The translations under genes were made by a program, and so were the position numbers. The notes under the pieces were generated by a model that was given only the letters and a program-made list of their open reading frames with translations, was not told where the DNA came from and did not search any database. A stretch of 63,476 bases of DNA, the filler included, from Anaerolineae bacterium (GTDB lineage Bacteria; Chloroflexota; Anaerolineae; B4-G1; DUEL01): the NCBI GenBank assembly GCA_041082215.1. It is 7 parts of 7 records of this genome, joined end to end, with 100 filler letters (N's around TTAATTAATTAA, not from the genome) between each part and the next. Parts side by side here need not be neighbours in the genome. Positions count along the whole stretch, not along the records: positions 29,024 to 59,234 come from JBDOIF010000062.1; 6 more parts are not named here. The stretch is one strand, 5' to 3'. The first letter of the stretch is position 1; every line of letters starts with the position of its first letter. Shown piece by piece: positions 38,882 to 49,033 of this stretch.

Positions 38882-39799
38882 CTACCCGGGCAATTCCACC
38901 CCCCTCTGCGGCGGCTCGCCGGTCACCAGAGCCACCATCCGCCGGGCGTCGAACAGGTGGTGTGTCCGCAACCGGGGATTGACAATCTGGTCCAGCGTGT
39001 TGCCAATCAGAACCAGCGACAGGCTGACCCAGACGATGGCGAAGCCCGGCGGCAGCAGGAACCACCAGGCCTGGCGGCTGATCGCCCGTTCAAAGGCGAA
39101 GTTCAGCATCATCCCCCAACTGACAAGCGTGGGGTCTCCCAGGCCCAGGAAGGCCAGCGACGACTCGGCCAGAATGGCGACGGAGATATCCAGCACCGCC
39201 TCAGCGATGATCAGTGGCAGCACCTGAGGGAAGATATGACGGAGGATGATCCGCGCATCGCTGGCTCCCAGGGCCCGTGCTCGCAGGACAAACTGGCGTT
39301 CCCGGATCGAGAGCACCTGGGACCGCACCAGCCGCGCCGTATAGGTCCAGCCCAGGATACCGATGACCAGGATGATTTTCCACAGCCCACGCCCCCACAC
39401 GGCGATAATGACCAGCATCAGGGGCAGGTCGGGGATCACCATCAGGAAATCGGCCAGCCGCATCAGCAGATTGCCGATACGGCCACCGTAGTAACCCGCC
39501 ACCAGGCCGACGGTGGTGCCAATGAGCATGGACATAAAGGAAGCCGTGAAGCCGACGATCAATGAGACCCGTGCGCCGTAGATCAGCAGGCTCAGCACAT
39601 CTTTGCCGGCATCGTCCCGCCCCAGCAGGTGGTCCCGGTCGGGTGGGGCCAGGATGTCCTCAGGGGAGGCTTCCACACGCTCATACGGGTCATAAGGGGC
39701 CAGGAAAGGAGCAAAAATCGCGACCAGCACCACCACCAGGAGCATGGCGGCACCGATGACCCCCATCGGGCTATGGATGAACTGTCGGAGAAACTTCAT
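38882..39799 (-). CDS. Oligopeptide ABC permease (OppC-like)
   Basis: HLLGRDDAGKD, YGARVSL, EAA-like loop. Confidence 0.93.
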   Translation of the reverse strand: MKFLRQFIHSPMGVIGAAMLLVVVLVAIFAPFLAPYDPYERVEASPEDILAPPDRDHLLGRDDAGKDVLSLLIYGARVSLIVGFTASFMSMLIGTTVGLVAGYYGGRIGNLLMRLADFLMVIPDLPLMLVIIAVWGRGLWKIILVIGILGWTYTARLVRSQVLSIRERQFVLRARALGASDARIILRHIFPQVLPLIIAEAVLDISVAILAESSLAFLGLGDPTLVSWGMMLNFAFERAISRQAWWFLLPPGFAIVWVSLSLVLIGNTLDQIVNPRLRTHHLFDARRMVALVTGEPPQRGVELPG

Positions 39800-39803
39800 G
39801 GGC

Positions 39804-40817
39804 CTACTCGGCTCTCACCCGTGGATCGAGCACAGAATACAGCAGATCGGCCAGAAAATTGGCCAGGATCACACTGACAGCCAGAAGCAGGAACGATCCC
39901 TGCAGCACGGGATAATCCCGCTTCTGCACCGCCTCATACATCAGGCGGCCGATGCCCGGCCATGAAAAGACGGTCTCGACCTGGATCGCCCCGCCGACGG
40001 TATAGCCGAAGGTCAGGGCGATGACCGTCACCATCGGCAGCATGGCGTTCTTGAGCGCATGATCCCGCAACACCCGGAAAGTGCTCAATCCCTTCGCCTT
40101 GGCGGTGAGGATGTAATCTTCGGCCAGCACCTCCATCACACCGCTGCGCATGATCAGGATGTACTCGCCGGTGTAGACGATGGCCATGGTGATCGTGGGC
40201 AGGATGAGATGTTTGGCCACATCCAGCCAATAGGACAGCCCGTCCTGGGGCCTCAGGCCGGGAGTAGCCATACCGCCCACGGGCAGATGGCCACGGGCCA
40301 GAATGAGCAGGATAATGCCCAGAAAGAACGTGGGCAGCGCCCAACTGAAGAGCCCCCAGAGTAGAATGGCGGCATCCAGCCGGGTACCCCGCCGCCAGGC
40401 AGCGATCAGCCCCAACGCCATTCCCAACAGAATGGCGACCGCCTCGCCGCCCAGAAGCAACACCACCGTGCGCCAGACCCGTTCCGCCAGCAATCTGGCC
40501 ACATCCTGCCGGGTAGTAAAGGAGATGCCGAGGTTGCCCCGAAAGAGGTTGACCACATAGGCAGTGAACTGGGTATCCAGCGCACCCAGGATGTCCCCCT
40601 GGCGCAGCCGATCGGTATCCACCCAGACCGGCTTATCCAGGCCGAACTGGACCCGGATCCGCTCCTGGGCCTCGCGGGTCATGCGCGGGCTGTGGATGAT
40701 CAGTTTGACCGGGTCGCCGGGCAGAACGCGGAAGAGGAAGAAGTTAAACACGATGACGGCAAGCAGGGTAACCACGGCAAAAGCCGTTTTGCGGAGGATA
40801 TAGTTGCCCCGTTCCAT
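39804..40817 (-). CDS. Oligopeptide ABC permease (OppB-like)
   Basis: LPGDP, FGLDKP, DYILTAKAKGL, ETVFSWPGIG, RDYP. Confidence 0.93.
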   Translation of the reverse strand: MERGNYILRKTAFAVVTLLAVIVFNFFLFRVLPGDPVKLIIHSPRMTREAQERIRVQFGLDKPVWVDTDRLRQGDILGALDTQFTAYVVNLFRGNLGISFTTRQDVARLLAERVWRTVVLLLGGEAVAILLGMALGLIAAWRRGTRLDAAILLWGLFSWALPTFFLGIILLILARGHLPVGGMATPGLRPQDGLSYWLDVAKHLILPTITMAIVYTGEYILIMRSGVMEVLAEDYILTAKAKGLSTFRVLRDHALKNAMLPMVTVIALTFGYTVGGAIQVETVFSWPGIGRLMYEAVQKRDYPVLQGSFLLLAVSVILANFLADLLYSVLDPRVRAE

Positions 40818-40849
40818 GGTCCTTCGCCCGATGCTTTACCCTATGCGTC

Positions 40850-40878
40850 CCTCCCCCTCACACGGGGAGGGGGAGGGA
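40850..40878 (-). other. Stem-loop between the substrate-binding and permease genes
   Basis: CCCTCCCCCTC/GAGGGGGAGGG stem. Confidence 0.5.
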
Positions 40879-40890
40879 CAGGGGGGAGAA

Positions 40891-42558
40891 CTAACGCACA
40901 GGGTAGGCCTGCAGGAAGGCCGATTTCCAGAGGATGTCGCCGGCTTCCAAACCGAACCCGGCAAAGCGGTCGCTGCGGTAGGCCTGGATGTTCTTGGCAT
41001 AGGTGAGCACGATGTAGGGGCGATCGTTGAAGAGTTTTTCCTGCATCTGCCAGATCAGTTGGCGGCGCGCCTCATGGTCAACGGTGGTCCCTTGCTGGAA
41101 GTACATCTCATCAAACTCGGGATCGCAGTAGCCGCTGTCGTTCCAGCCGCCCTCTTCCCGCTGATCACAGGTGAAGATGAGCATCGCGAAGTCGGGGTCA
41201 GGATCCAGTCCCCAGCCCCAGTAGATGAGGTCGAAATCGAAGTCGGGATAGAGGCCGATCAGGCTATCCTCGTCCATCAGCGTGGGCGGGGCCGAGATGC
41301 CGATCCGGGCCAGCCCGTCGGAGATGATCTCCAGGATGCGGGCGTTGCTGGCCGTGTCCGTCGCATACAGCCGGTACTCCAGCGGATTGCCCTCGGGGTC
41401 CTCCCGGACTCCATCGCCGTCGCTATCCACGTAACCCGCCTCTTCCAGAATCCGGTTCCCCTCCTCCAGATCGAAGGGGACGTCCTGGATATCGCTGTTG
41501 TGCCAGTCGCCCAGCGAACGGGGGACGACGACAGTGGCCGGCTCAGCATAGCCCAGATAGGCCACGTTGACGATCTGCTGCTTGTCAATGGCGTGAGCGA
41601 TCGCCAGACGAACCGCCGGGTCCCTCAGGCTGGCCGGCTGGGTGCCGTTCTCGTGGGAGTTGATGATCAACTCGTCAATGGTGGTGGACTCCATGATCGC
41701 CACCTCGATGTTCCCGGCCTGCTCCAGCGTCTGCACCGCCGTTGCGGGGATGGCGTCCGCGGCGATCACGTCAATTTCCCCGGCCAGAAGCGCCTGGACC
41801 GCCGCATCCTCGGTGGCGAACTCCCGCCAGATCACCCGGTCAATGGCCGGGGCGCCACGCCAGTAGTTCTCGTTGGCCTCCAGGATCAGATACTCACCCT
41901 CGACCCATTCGACGAGCCGGTAGGGGCCAGTGCCGATGCCTGCCGCCAGGTCCTCGAACTCCATAATCTCGTCGTAGGTCATCCCTTCCCAAACGCTGCG
42001 CGGGAGGATCCACACATACATCAGCAGGTATTCCATATTCCCCACCGGCCTGGAAAGCGTCACCTGCAGGGTCGTCTCATCCAGGGCGACAACCTCATCG
42101 AAGTTGACCAGGTAGGAACTGAACGTTTCGATCTCGTTCTCGATGGTCCAGTTGAGGCTCCAGGCGACGTCTTCGGCCGTGCATGGCGTGCCGTCGTGGA
42201 AGGTCACGCCCTCGCGGATCTTGAACGTCCATACCAGCCCATCGTCGGAGACAGTCCACGATTCGGCCAGGCCGGGCACGAAATCAGCGATCCCCGCCTC
42301 CTCCACCAGCGTATCGTACAGGAGGTAGCGGAGGGTGTAGTTGTACCAGCCGTAAGCTGGATTGACCGTATCCCAGATGTAGGTCGTCCCCACATTCAGC
42401 GTCACAGGCTCTTCCCCGGCCACAGGCATCGCCGGTGAGGCAACGGTCTGGGCTGCCTCTTCGGTGGGCGTGGGGGCCTGGTGGGGTCCACAGGCGGCCA
42501 GAAGAGCGACAGCAATCGTAACCGCAGTCAGGACAATCAAAGAGGGCGGGCATTTCAT
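40891..42558 (-). CDS. Peptide ABC substrate-binding lipoprotein (family 5)
   Basis: LAAC lipobox, GLAESW...FHDGTP...DV, GTGPY; AAGGAGG RBS. Confidence 0.93.
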   Translation of the reverse strand: MKCPPSLIVLTAVTIAVALLAACGPHQAPTPTEEAAQTVASPAMPVAGEEPVTLNVGTTYIWDTVNPAYGWYNYTLRYLLYDTLVEEAGIADFVPGLAESWTVSDDGLVWTFKIREGVTFHDGTPCTAEDVAWSLNWTIENEIETFSSYLVNFDEVVALDETTLQVTLSRPVGNMEYLLMYVWILPRSVWEGMTYDEIMEFEDLAAGIGTGPYRLVEWVEGEYLILEANENYWRGAPAIDRVIWREFATEDAAVQALLAGEIDVIAADAIPATAVQTLEQAGNIEVAIMESTTIDELIINSHENGTQPASLRDPAVRLAIAHAIDKQQIVNVAYLGYAEPATVVVPRSLGDWHNSDIQDVPFDLEEGNRILEEAGYVDSDGDGVREDPEGNPLEYRLYATDTASNARILEIISDGLARIGISAPPTLMDEDSLIGLYPDFDFDLIYWGWGLDPDPDFAMLIFTCDQREEGGWNDSGYCDPEFDEMYFQQGTTVDHEARRQLIWQMQEKLFNDRPYIVLTYAKNIQAYRSDRFAGFGLEAGDILWKSAFLQAYPVR

Positions 42559-42586
42559 GTGGCTCTCCTCCTTTAATTGGCAATAT

Positions 42587-42614
42587 AGTATAAGCCGAAG
42601 GCGACGCCCGTCAA
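42587..42614 (-). promoter_or_regulatory. Promoter of the peptide ABC operon
   Basis: TTGACG-16 bp-TATACT on the minus strand; a second candidate, TTGCAC-16-TATAAT, at 42810-42783. Confidence 0.6.
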
Positions 42615-42878
42615 ACCCCCGGCATACCCTCAAGTAAGGATACCGAAGCGAGCACCCGCTCATAAGGATGCCTGAGCGGAGGGCGTTGCTCAGAGATGAC
42701 CAAATTCAATCGCTACGGCCACCAGCGGCCTACACCGGCGTGGATAGCAGAAAGCCATTATGGCGATAAAGGTGTTGTGTCCATTATACCCTTGCTTTCA
42801 TTGCGTGCAAGGGGACCGGTCCTTGAGCAGGATCAGGAGATGGGGAGGCCGCGCGTCTGATGTCAGAAGTAGCGTCGC

Positions 42879-42942
42879 TTGACAAAAGCCCGCTTCTATT
42901 GTATAATATCACTGTGTGAAAGTAATTTTCACTTAGTGAAAA
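42879..42942 (+). promoter_or_regulatory. Consensus promoter with tandem palindromic operators (probably IclR)
   Basis: TTGACA-17-TATAAT (42879-42907); TATCAC-TGT-GTGAAA (42907-42921) and TTTTCAC-TTA-GTGAAAA (42926-42942). Confidence 0.8.
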
Positions 42943-42966
42943 CACCCCTTACCCCCGGAGGTGCTT

Positions 42967-43623
42967 ATGGCCACTTTATTGAATGTCCTGCCAAAGATTC
43001 TCCAAACAGGCATCATTGCTATCATGCGCGCCCGGAGTTCCGAGCAGTTGCTGGCCGCCGCAGAGGCGATCCTGGCGGGTGGCGTGGATGTCATAGAAGT
43101 AACGATGACCACTCCTGGAGCCCTGGATACGATCCGGGAGGCCGTCGCCAGGTATGGGGAGCAGGTGGCCTTTGGCGCTGGCTCAATACTGGATACGGAG
43201 ACGGCCCGTGCGGCCATATTAGCCGGCGCCCAATTCATCGTCTGCCCCACTCTTAACCGGGAAACGATCCGAATCTGCAAGCGGTACAGCGTGCCGGTTG
43301 TCCCAGGCGCCTATACCCCCACGGAAATCCTGACAGCCTGGGAGGCAGGTGCGGACCTGGTGAAAGTTTTTCCAGCAGAGGTGGGCGGTCCAGCTTACAT
43401 CAAAGCCATTAAAGCCCCCCTGCCTCAAATCCAATTAGTCCCTGTGGGTGGGGTGGATTTAAATACCACTGCCGAGTTTATCCGTGCAGGCGCAGCAGCA
43501 GTGGGAGTCGGCAGCGCCCTGATCAATCAAAAGTTGCTGGATGAGGGGGATTTCTCTGAAATCACTCGCCGGGCTGCCCGTTTCCGCGAGGAAGTGGAAA
43601 AAGGCCGCTCCCAGAGGGGGTGA
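42967..43623 (+). CDS. eda: KDPG/KHG aldolase
   Basis: IEVTMTTP, GAGSI, GAQFIVCP, TPTEI, VKVFPA, VPVGGV. Confidence 0.92.
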   Translation: MATLLNVLPKILQTGIIAIMRARSSEQLLAAAEAILAGGVDVIEVTMTTPGALDTIREAVARYGEQVAFGAGSILDTETARAAILAGAQFIVCPTLNRETIRICKRYSVPVVPGAYTPTEILTAWEAGADLVKVFPAEVGGPAYIKAIKAPLPQIQLVPVGGVDLNTTAEFIRAGAAAVGVGSALINQKLLDEGDFSEITRRAARFREEVEKGRSQRG

Positions 43624-43625
43624 GG

Positions 43626-43913
43626 ATGATTGAGCGCCATGTCACTTTTGATGTAATTCCTGAAAAAGCAAAGGAGTTTGAATCTTTCTTTGTGGAAGAA
43701 TATCGTCCGGCTATGGCGCAAATGCCGGGCTTTGTTCAGGCCAGCCTGCTGCGTGTCCAGGAGGAGACAGCCCGATATATGATGGTTCTCCGCTTTGATT
43801 CCACCGAATCCGCCGCAGCCTGGCGTGCTTCTGAAGCCCATCAGGCTCTCCGCCCCAAATTGAGCGCTTTTCACCGGGGGACCACCCTTGTCGTTTTTGA
43901 TGTCATTGCCTGA
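43626..43913 (+). CDS. ABM (antibiotic biosynthesis monooxygenase) domain protein
   Basis: QMPGFV...FDSTESAAAWRASEAH. Confidence 0.75.
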   Translation: MIERHVTFDVIPEKAKEFESFFVEEYRPAMAQMPGFVQASLLRVQEETARYMMVLRFDSTESAAAWRASEAHQALRPKLSAFHRGTTLVVFDVIA

Positions 43914-43925
43914 TGGGGAAAAGCA

Positions 43926-44753
43926 ATGCGTGGTCACAGGAACAGCGGTCAGTATAACATTCGGGTTCTGGATCGCGCTGTCCAGATACTGACTCTTCTC
44001 TCTGACGGGCAGCCCCGTACATTGACAGAAATTAGCGAGGAGATCGGCTTCAGTAACAGCACATCCTTTCGCTTGTTGGTGACCCTTGCGAACCATCATC
44101 TGGTGGAGCGCGATCCGAAAGACGGTCGTTACCGGCTGGGGTTAAGGTGCCTGGAATTGGCCCGGGCCTATCATGATAGCAGCGATTTACGCCGCATTGC
44201 CCTGCCCGAACTGGAAAAACTGCGGGATGAGACAGGTGAAACTGTTCATCTGGCCATCCTGGATGAAATGGAGGTCGTTTATCTGGAGAAATTGCATGGG
44301 CACCATGCGATTGGTCTGATGTCCTCCAGGGTTGGCGCGAGGTTACCTGCCTACTGCACCGGCCTGGGGAAAATCCTCCTGGCTTACGCAAACCCTGAAG
44401 AGGTGCGGGATTACTTTGCCCAACGAGAATTGCACCGATTTACCCCTGAAACAATCACCGACGTATCGGATCTGATGCACCACCTGGATCAGGTGCGAAT
44501 CAGCGGATATGCTCTGGACCGGGGAGAGCATGAGGCGGAAGTTCGCTGTGTGGCTGCGCCGATTTTCGATGCGGACAGCAAAGTAGTGGCTGCGATCAGT
44601 GTTAGCGGGCCAGCAAGTCGAATGGACCCTATAGAAGCTGATCAGGCCCTGATAGAACGGACACTCCAGGTCGCACAAACCATTTCGGCAAAACTGGGCT
44701 ACCGGCACCCCGTTTCCAGACCCCCATTCTCCCAGGGAGGCAAGAATGCGTAA
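43926..44753 (+). CDS. IclR-family transcriptional regulator
   Basis: HTH plus GARLPAYCTGLGKILLA and GYALDRGEHEAEVRCVAAPIF. Confidence 0.95.
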   Translation: MRGHRNSGQYNIRVLDRAVQILTLLSDGQPRTLTEISEEIGFSNSTSFRLLVTLANHHLVERDPKDGRYRLGLRCLELARAYHDSSDLRRIALPELEKLRDETGETVHLAILDEMEVVYLEKLHGHHAIGLMSSRVGARLPAYCTGLGKILLAYANPEEVRDYFAQRELHRFTPETITDVSDLMHHLDQVRISGYALDRGEHEAEVRCVAAPIFDADSKVVAAISVSGPASRMDPIEADQALIERTLQVAQTISAKLGYRHPVSRPPFSQGGKNA

Positions 44754-45426
44754 AGTCATCCTCCGGCGCGAGAAGGAACCATCTCCCGAAATCCTGAAGG
44801 GCTTTCAGGAACTTCTGAAGGTCTACAGCCCCTCCTGCGTGGTAGCGGATGCCCAGGAGCGGGCCGGTGTGATGCGGAGTTATCTCCGGCCGCTGATTCC
44901 CCAGGCCCGCTTTGTCGGACCCGCTCTGACTGTACGCCTGGAGCCGGGGAATCAGGTGGATTGTCTGGATGCACTTTCGGTGGCCTGCCCGGGGGACGTT
45001 ATCGTCGTAGATGCGGCGGGCGAGACCGAGACCTCTATATGGGGCGGCCTGATGTCTCGTTTGTGCAAAGTGAAAGGGGTCGCCGGGGCCGTCGTGGACG
45101 GCGCGATCCGGGACACTGATGAAACCCGCGACATCGGTTTCCCCATTTTCTACAAGGCCATTGTCCCCCGTTCCACTCACACTCCCTATTCGGGCCGGAT
45201 GGAGCCTATAGAGATTAATGTCCCCATCCAGTGCGGGGGCGTGCTGGTCAACCCTGGGGACCTGGTCCTGGGCGATGAAATTGGTATTGTGGTTATTCCC
45301 TTAGAGCATGCGGCCGAGACACTGGAACGGGCCCGACAGCAGGCTGAGAAAGAAGAACAGACGAGAGCAAAGATTCAGGAAGGATGGTCGGTGGAGGAGT
45401 TACTGGCGGCCTTCGGCCGACTGTGA
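44746..45426 (+). CDS. RraA/HMG-CHA aldolase family protein
   Basis: VGPALTV, PGDVIVVD, WGGLM, VVDGAIRD, PGDLVLGDEIG. Confidence 0.9.
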   Translation: MRKVILRREKEPSPEILKGFQELLKVYSPSCVVADAQERAGVMRSYLRPLIPQARFVGPALTVRLEPGNQVDCLDALSVACPGDVIVVDAAGETETSIWGGLMSRLCKVKGVAGAVVDGAIRDTDETRDIGFPIFYKAIVPRSTHTPYSGRMEPIEINVPIQCGGVLVNPGDLVLGDEIGIVVIPLEHAAETLERARQQAEKEEQTRAKIQEGWSVEELLAAFGRL

Positions 45427-45539
45427 TCGGAATCAACATCCCAATCTGTAAGGAGGTGCAAAATAAGGGTAAGGACAGGATATTTGCTCAATGTTACAGA
45501 TTCTCTTCCCCTGGTCAGTTGATTGAGGAGGATTAGACG

Positions 45540-47108
45540 ATGGCAGAGGAGAAGAAGCAAACCACAAGAGCAGGAGGACTCACGCGACGGGAGTTCCTGA
45601 AGGCAGGAGCGGTCGCCACTTCGGCTTTGCTGATATCCCGATGCGCTCCCAAACCTACCCCGACGGCCACGGTTCCGCCCGCAGCAGGCGTCATAGAAGG
45701 TGCCACCCCCGAAGAACGCGCCCTCAACGGCATCAAAGCCCTCAAAGCAGCCGGGGTGGTAAAGGACGGAGATACCTTCGTGATCATGCACCACTCTGGT
45801 CAGCGCAATAACATCGTCCCCGCGCTGGAAGAGTGGAATCGGCTCACTGGCCTCAACTTCCAGAGCGCCGAGGTCGGTCTGGAGGCAGACATCTACACCA
45901 AGGCCATGAACGAGGCGGTTGTCCGTACCGGAGATTACGATATCTTCCTGACCTTCTGCAACTGGATCGGCGATATGGCGGAGGCCGGCCTGATTGTAGA
46001 CCAGACTGATTGGTGGGCCAAGTATGACCCCGAAGTAGATCATGGGCCTAATCGGTATGTTCCTCCCCTGGACCGATTCACTTCCCTCTACAAGGGCCGT
46101 CGCTACGCAATGGGGGCCGATAACGATACGTTCAGCCTCTTCTACCGCAAGGATATGATGGAGGACCCCGATGAGGCGAAGGCCTTTGAGGACCGGTACG
46201 GGCGCAAGCTGGCGATCCCTCAGACCTGGGAAGAGTTTGATGAGTGGATCGCCTTTTTTGACCGCCCGGACCAGGGGATTCGCGGAGCCCATATGTATGC
46301 GGAGCGCTACTTTGCCTACACGGCCTGGGCTGCCCGCTTCGTCTCTAAGGGAGGAGCCTACTTTGACGACAATATGGACCCCCTCATCTATTCCGAAGAG
46401 GGCGTGACCGCGCTCGAGGAGCAGATTCGGCTCACCCAGCAACACATGTGGCCCGATGCCGTGACGGGTGACTGGTCGGTGGCCTATAGCCGATTCCCGG
46501 AGGGTTCAGTCTTCTTTGCCTGGGCTTGGCCCAGCCTGGGCAAGTGGGCGCAGGACCCGCAGACTTCCAAGATCGCGGGCAAAGTGGGCTTTATGGACAT
46601 CCCGGGCACCATGCATGAGGGGGTCATGGTGCGGGCCTGCCCCCACGTTGTGGGGTGGAGTTTCAGCGTCTCCCGCTATGGCAAGGCACCAGAGGCCGCT
46701 TACTGCTTCATCCAGTGGTTCTGCGGCCCCAAAGTCGGCCTGGATGCCATCGCGCGGGTGGGCACACTGGACTGCTTCCGCGAGCCCTGGTTTGACGCCG
46801 AACCCATGAAACAGGCCTACGGCGCGGAGTTCATGCCCGTCCTCCACAGCCTGGCTCAGAACGCGTTCCCCGACATCTCGCTGCGGGGAGCGGCGGAATA
46901 TCTGGACGTACTGAACCTGAACCTCCAGCAGGCCTTCGCCGGGCAGAAGGATGCCGAACAGGCCCTGAAAGAGACCGCTGAGGCCTGGCAGAAGATCACC
47001 GACCGCATCGGCCGGCTGGGACAGATCGAAGCCTGGCGTGGGGAGCGGCAGAACTACCCGCAGCCCATTCAGGACCTCTGGGCCAAGCTGGGCCGGTTTA
47101 AGTCGTAG
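45540..47108 (+). CDS. Carbohydrate ABC substrate-binding protein, Tat-exported
   Basis: TRREFLK twin-arginine motif; LFYRKD and PQTWEE family-1 motifs. Confidence 0.88.
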   Translation: MAEEKKQTTRAGGLTRREFLKAGAVATSALLISRCAPKPTPTATVPPAAGVIEGATPEERALNGIKALKAAGVVKDGDTFVIMHHSGQRNNIVPALEEWNRLTGLNFQSAEVGLEADIYTKAMNEAVVRTGDYDIFLTFCNWIGDMAEAGLIVDQTDWWAKYDPEVDHGPNRYVPPLDRFTSLYKGRRYAMGADNDTFSLFYRKDMMEDPDEAKAFEDRYGRKLAIPQTWEEFDEWIAFFDRPDQGIRGAHMYAERYFAYTAWAARFVSKGGAYFDDNMDPLIYSEEGVTALEEQIRLTQQHMWPDAVTGDWSVAYSRFPEGSVFFAWAWPSLGKWAQDPQTSKIAGKVGFMDIPGTMHEGVMVRACPHVVGWSFSVSRYGKAPEAAYCFIQWFCGPKVGLDAIARVGTLDCFREPWFDAEPMKQAYGAEFMPVLHSLAQNAFPDISLRGAAEYLDVLNLNLQQAFAGQKDAEQALKETAEAWQKITDRIGRLGQIEAWRGERQNYPQPIQDLWAKLGRFKS

Positions 47109-47133
47109 TCTCTTACGGTCCTGTGGGAGCCAC

Positions 47134-47169
47134 AGTGGAAGCAGGGCGAAAGCGCGCCCTGCCTCCACT
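47134..47169 (+). other. Stem-loop after the substrate-binding gene
   Basis: AGTGGAAGCAGGGCG/CGCCCTGCCTCCACT stem with one mismatch. Confidence 0.5.
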
Positions 47170-47197
47170 CCCCCCCAAACTCATCCTAGGAGAAACC

Positions 47198-48133
47198 ATG
47201 ACCGAATATGCACCCTCTTTAGCCCGACCTGGTGTACGAACTGTTCTCTCCCGCCTGGAACAGAAACTGAGCAGCGAGCGTGTATTCGGCACAGCACTGA
47301 TTGCCCCAATGCAACTCCTGCTCTGGTTTCTGCTCATTATCCCCACTTTGATCGTCGTTTACCTGAGTTTTGTCCGCTGGGAACCCCGCATGGGGGTGGA
47401 CTGGTGGAGCGCCCCCTTCGCTTTCCTGGGAAACTACGCCAGGGTGATTACAGACACCCGGTTCTGGGCGGCAGTGGGACGTTCAACAGGCATCGTGATC
47501 GTAGCCGTCACCATGGAATTCCTGATCGGAATGGGCCTGGCCTTCTTCTTCTCCCGCCCGCTCCCCGGTAAGCGTATTATGACCTCCGCCATTCTCTATC
47601 CTATGATGTTGCCCTGGGTCGTTGTGGGCCTGTGCTTTTATCTTCTATTTCTGGATCGGGGACCCGTGAACTACGCTCTGACACAAATCCTGAACCGTCC
47701 CATTAATGTGGAATGGTTCAAACACCCTCCTCTGGCTATGGCCACCATCGTCCTGGCAGATGTCTGGCAATGGACGCCCTTCCTCTTCCTGATCCTGTAC
47801 TCTGGCCTGGGGGCCCTCCCCAAGGAGCCGGTGGAGGCAGCGATGACACTGGGGGCCAGCCGCTGGCAGATTTTCCGCTACATTACCCTGCCGATGCTGA
47901 AGCCGGTGATTCTGATCGCACTGGTCATCCGCAGCCTGGAAGCCTTCAAAATCTTTGATGTGGTATTCATTATGACCGGAGGCGGGCCTGGCACAGCCAC
48001 AGAGACGATTTCGGTCTACATTTACCGCGTTGGATTCGTCTTTGGGCAACTTTCCTACGCGGCTGCAATGGCAGTGCTGATCCTGATTCTGGTAACAATG
48101 ATCACAAGAGTGGGCGTCCGCCCACTGGAATAA
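47198..48133 (+). CDS. Carbohydrate ABC permease
   Basis: DVWQWTPF, EAA loop. Confidence 0.92.
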   Translation: MTEYAPSLARPGVRTVLSRLEQKLSSERVFGTALIAPMQLLLWFLLIIPTLIVVYLSFVRWEPRMGVDWWSAPFAFLGNYARVITDTRFWAAVGRSTGIVIVAVTMEFLIGMGLAFFFSRPLPGKRIMTSAILYPMMLPWVVVGLCFYLLFLDRGPVNYALTQILNRPINVEWFKHPPLAMATIVLADVWQWTPFLFLILYSGLGALPKEPVEAAMTLGASRWQIFRYITLPMLKPVILIALVIRSLEAFKIFDVVFIMTGGGPGTATETISVYIYRVGFVFGQLSYAAAMAVLILILVTMITRVGVRPLE

Positions 48134-48150
48134 GAGGAGGAGCCCGACCG

Positions 48151-49029
48151 ATGCGGAAAATGAACGGGTCACAAATTCTGGCCAGCAGCATTCGCTGGTT
48201 AATTGGATTGCTGATTTGCATCGTTGTGATGTTGCCCATTACATGGGTTCTCTCTATTTCTCTGAAACCCCCCGAGGAGTGGGTTGCCTATCCTCCCACA
48301 TTGGTCCCGTTAAAACCGACCTTCAGCAACTACATCATCCTCTTCCAGCCAGGCAACCCGGTTGGCGGAATCGCCGAGATGGTCAGTTCCGCCGAGCCAG
48401 TAACCCGCGCGTTTATCAACAGCCTGATCGTGGTGCCCATCGCCACTGCGGCCTCGGTATTGATCGGTTTCCTGGCCTCCTACGCGACGGTCCGCTTCCA
48501 GGCCGGCGGCGCAACCCTTCCGCTGTTTGTACTTACCACGCGGATGTTCCCCCCCGTCGCCTTTGCGGTCCCGCTGCTGGTGTACTTCCGAATGCTCAAC
48601 CTGATTGACACCCAACTGGCGTTGATCCTGATGTATACCGGCTTCACCATCGCGTTTTCCCTCTGGATGATGCGGGGATTCATCGAAGGCGTTCCCCGAC
48701 ATGTGGAAGAGGCGGCCATTCTGGATGGGGCGTCTCCCTGGCGGGTTCTGCTGACCATTACCCTGCCCCTGGTGCGCGGAGGGCTGGCTGCCACAGGCCT
48801 GTTTGTCTTCATCCTGAACTGGACGGAGTTCCTTCTGGCCCAGATCTTTACGTCCCGGGAAGCACTGACGATCCCGGTGCAGGTGAGCCACTACGTGGGT
48901 GCGGTGGGACGGTTCTATGGGCCAATGGCGGCGTTGGGGATCGTGGCTTCCATTCCGGTGGTCGTTGCTGGCTATATCATTCAGCGCTACCTGGTCACCG
49001 GCTTCACCTTTGGTCTGGTACGGGAGTAG
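48151..49029 (+). CDS. Carbohydrate ABC permease
   Basis: EEAAILDGAS loop, WTEFL. Confidence 0.92.
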   Translation: MRKMNGSQILASSIRWLIGLLICIVVMLPITWVLSISLKPPEEWVAYPPTLVPLKPTFSNYIILFQPGNPVGGIAEMVSSAEPVTRAFINSLIVVPIATAASVLIGFLASYATVRFQAGGATLPLFVLTTRMFPPVAFAVPLLVYFRMLNLIDTQLALILMYTGFTIAFSLWMMRGFIEGVPRHVEEAAILDGASPWRVLLTITLPLVRGGLAATGLFVFILNWTEFLLAQIFTSREALTIPVQVSHYVGAVGRFYGPMAALGIVASIPVVVAGYIIQRYLVTGFTFGLVRE

Positions 49030-49033
49030 AGCA

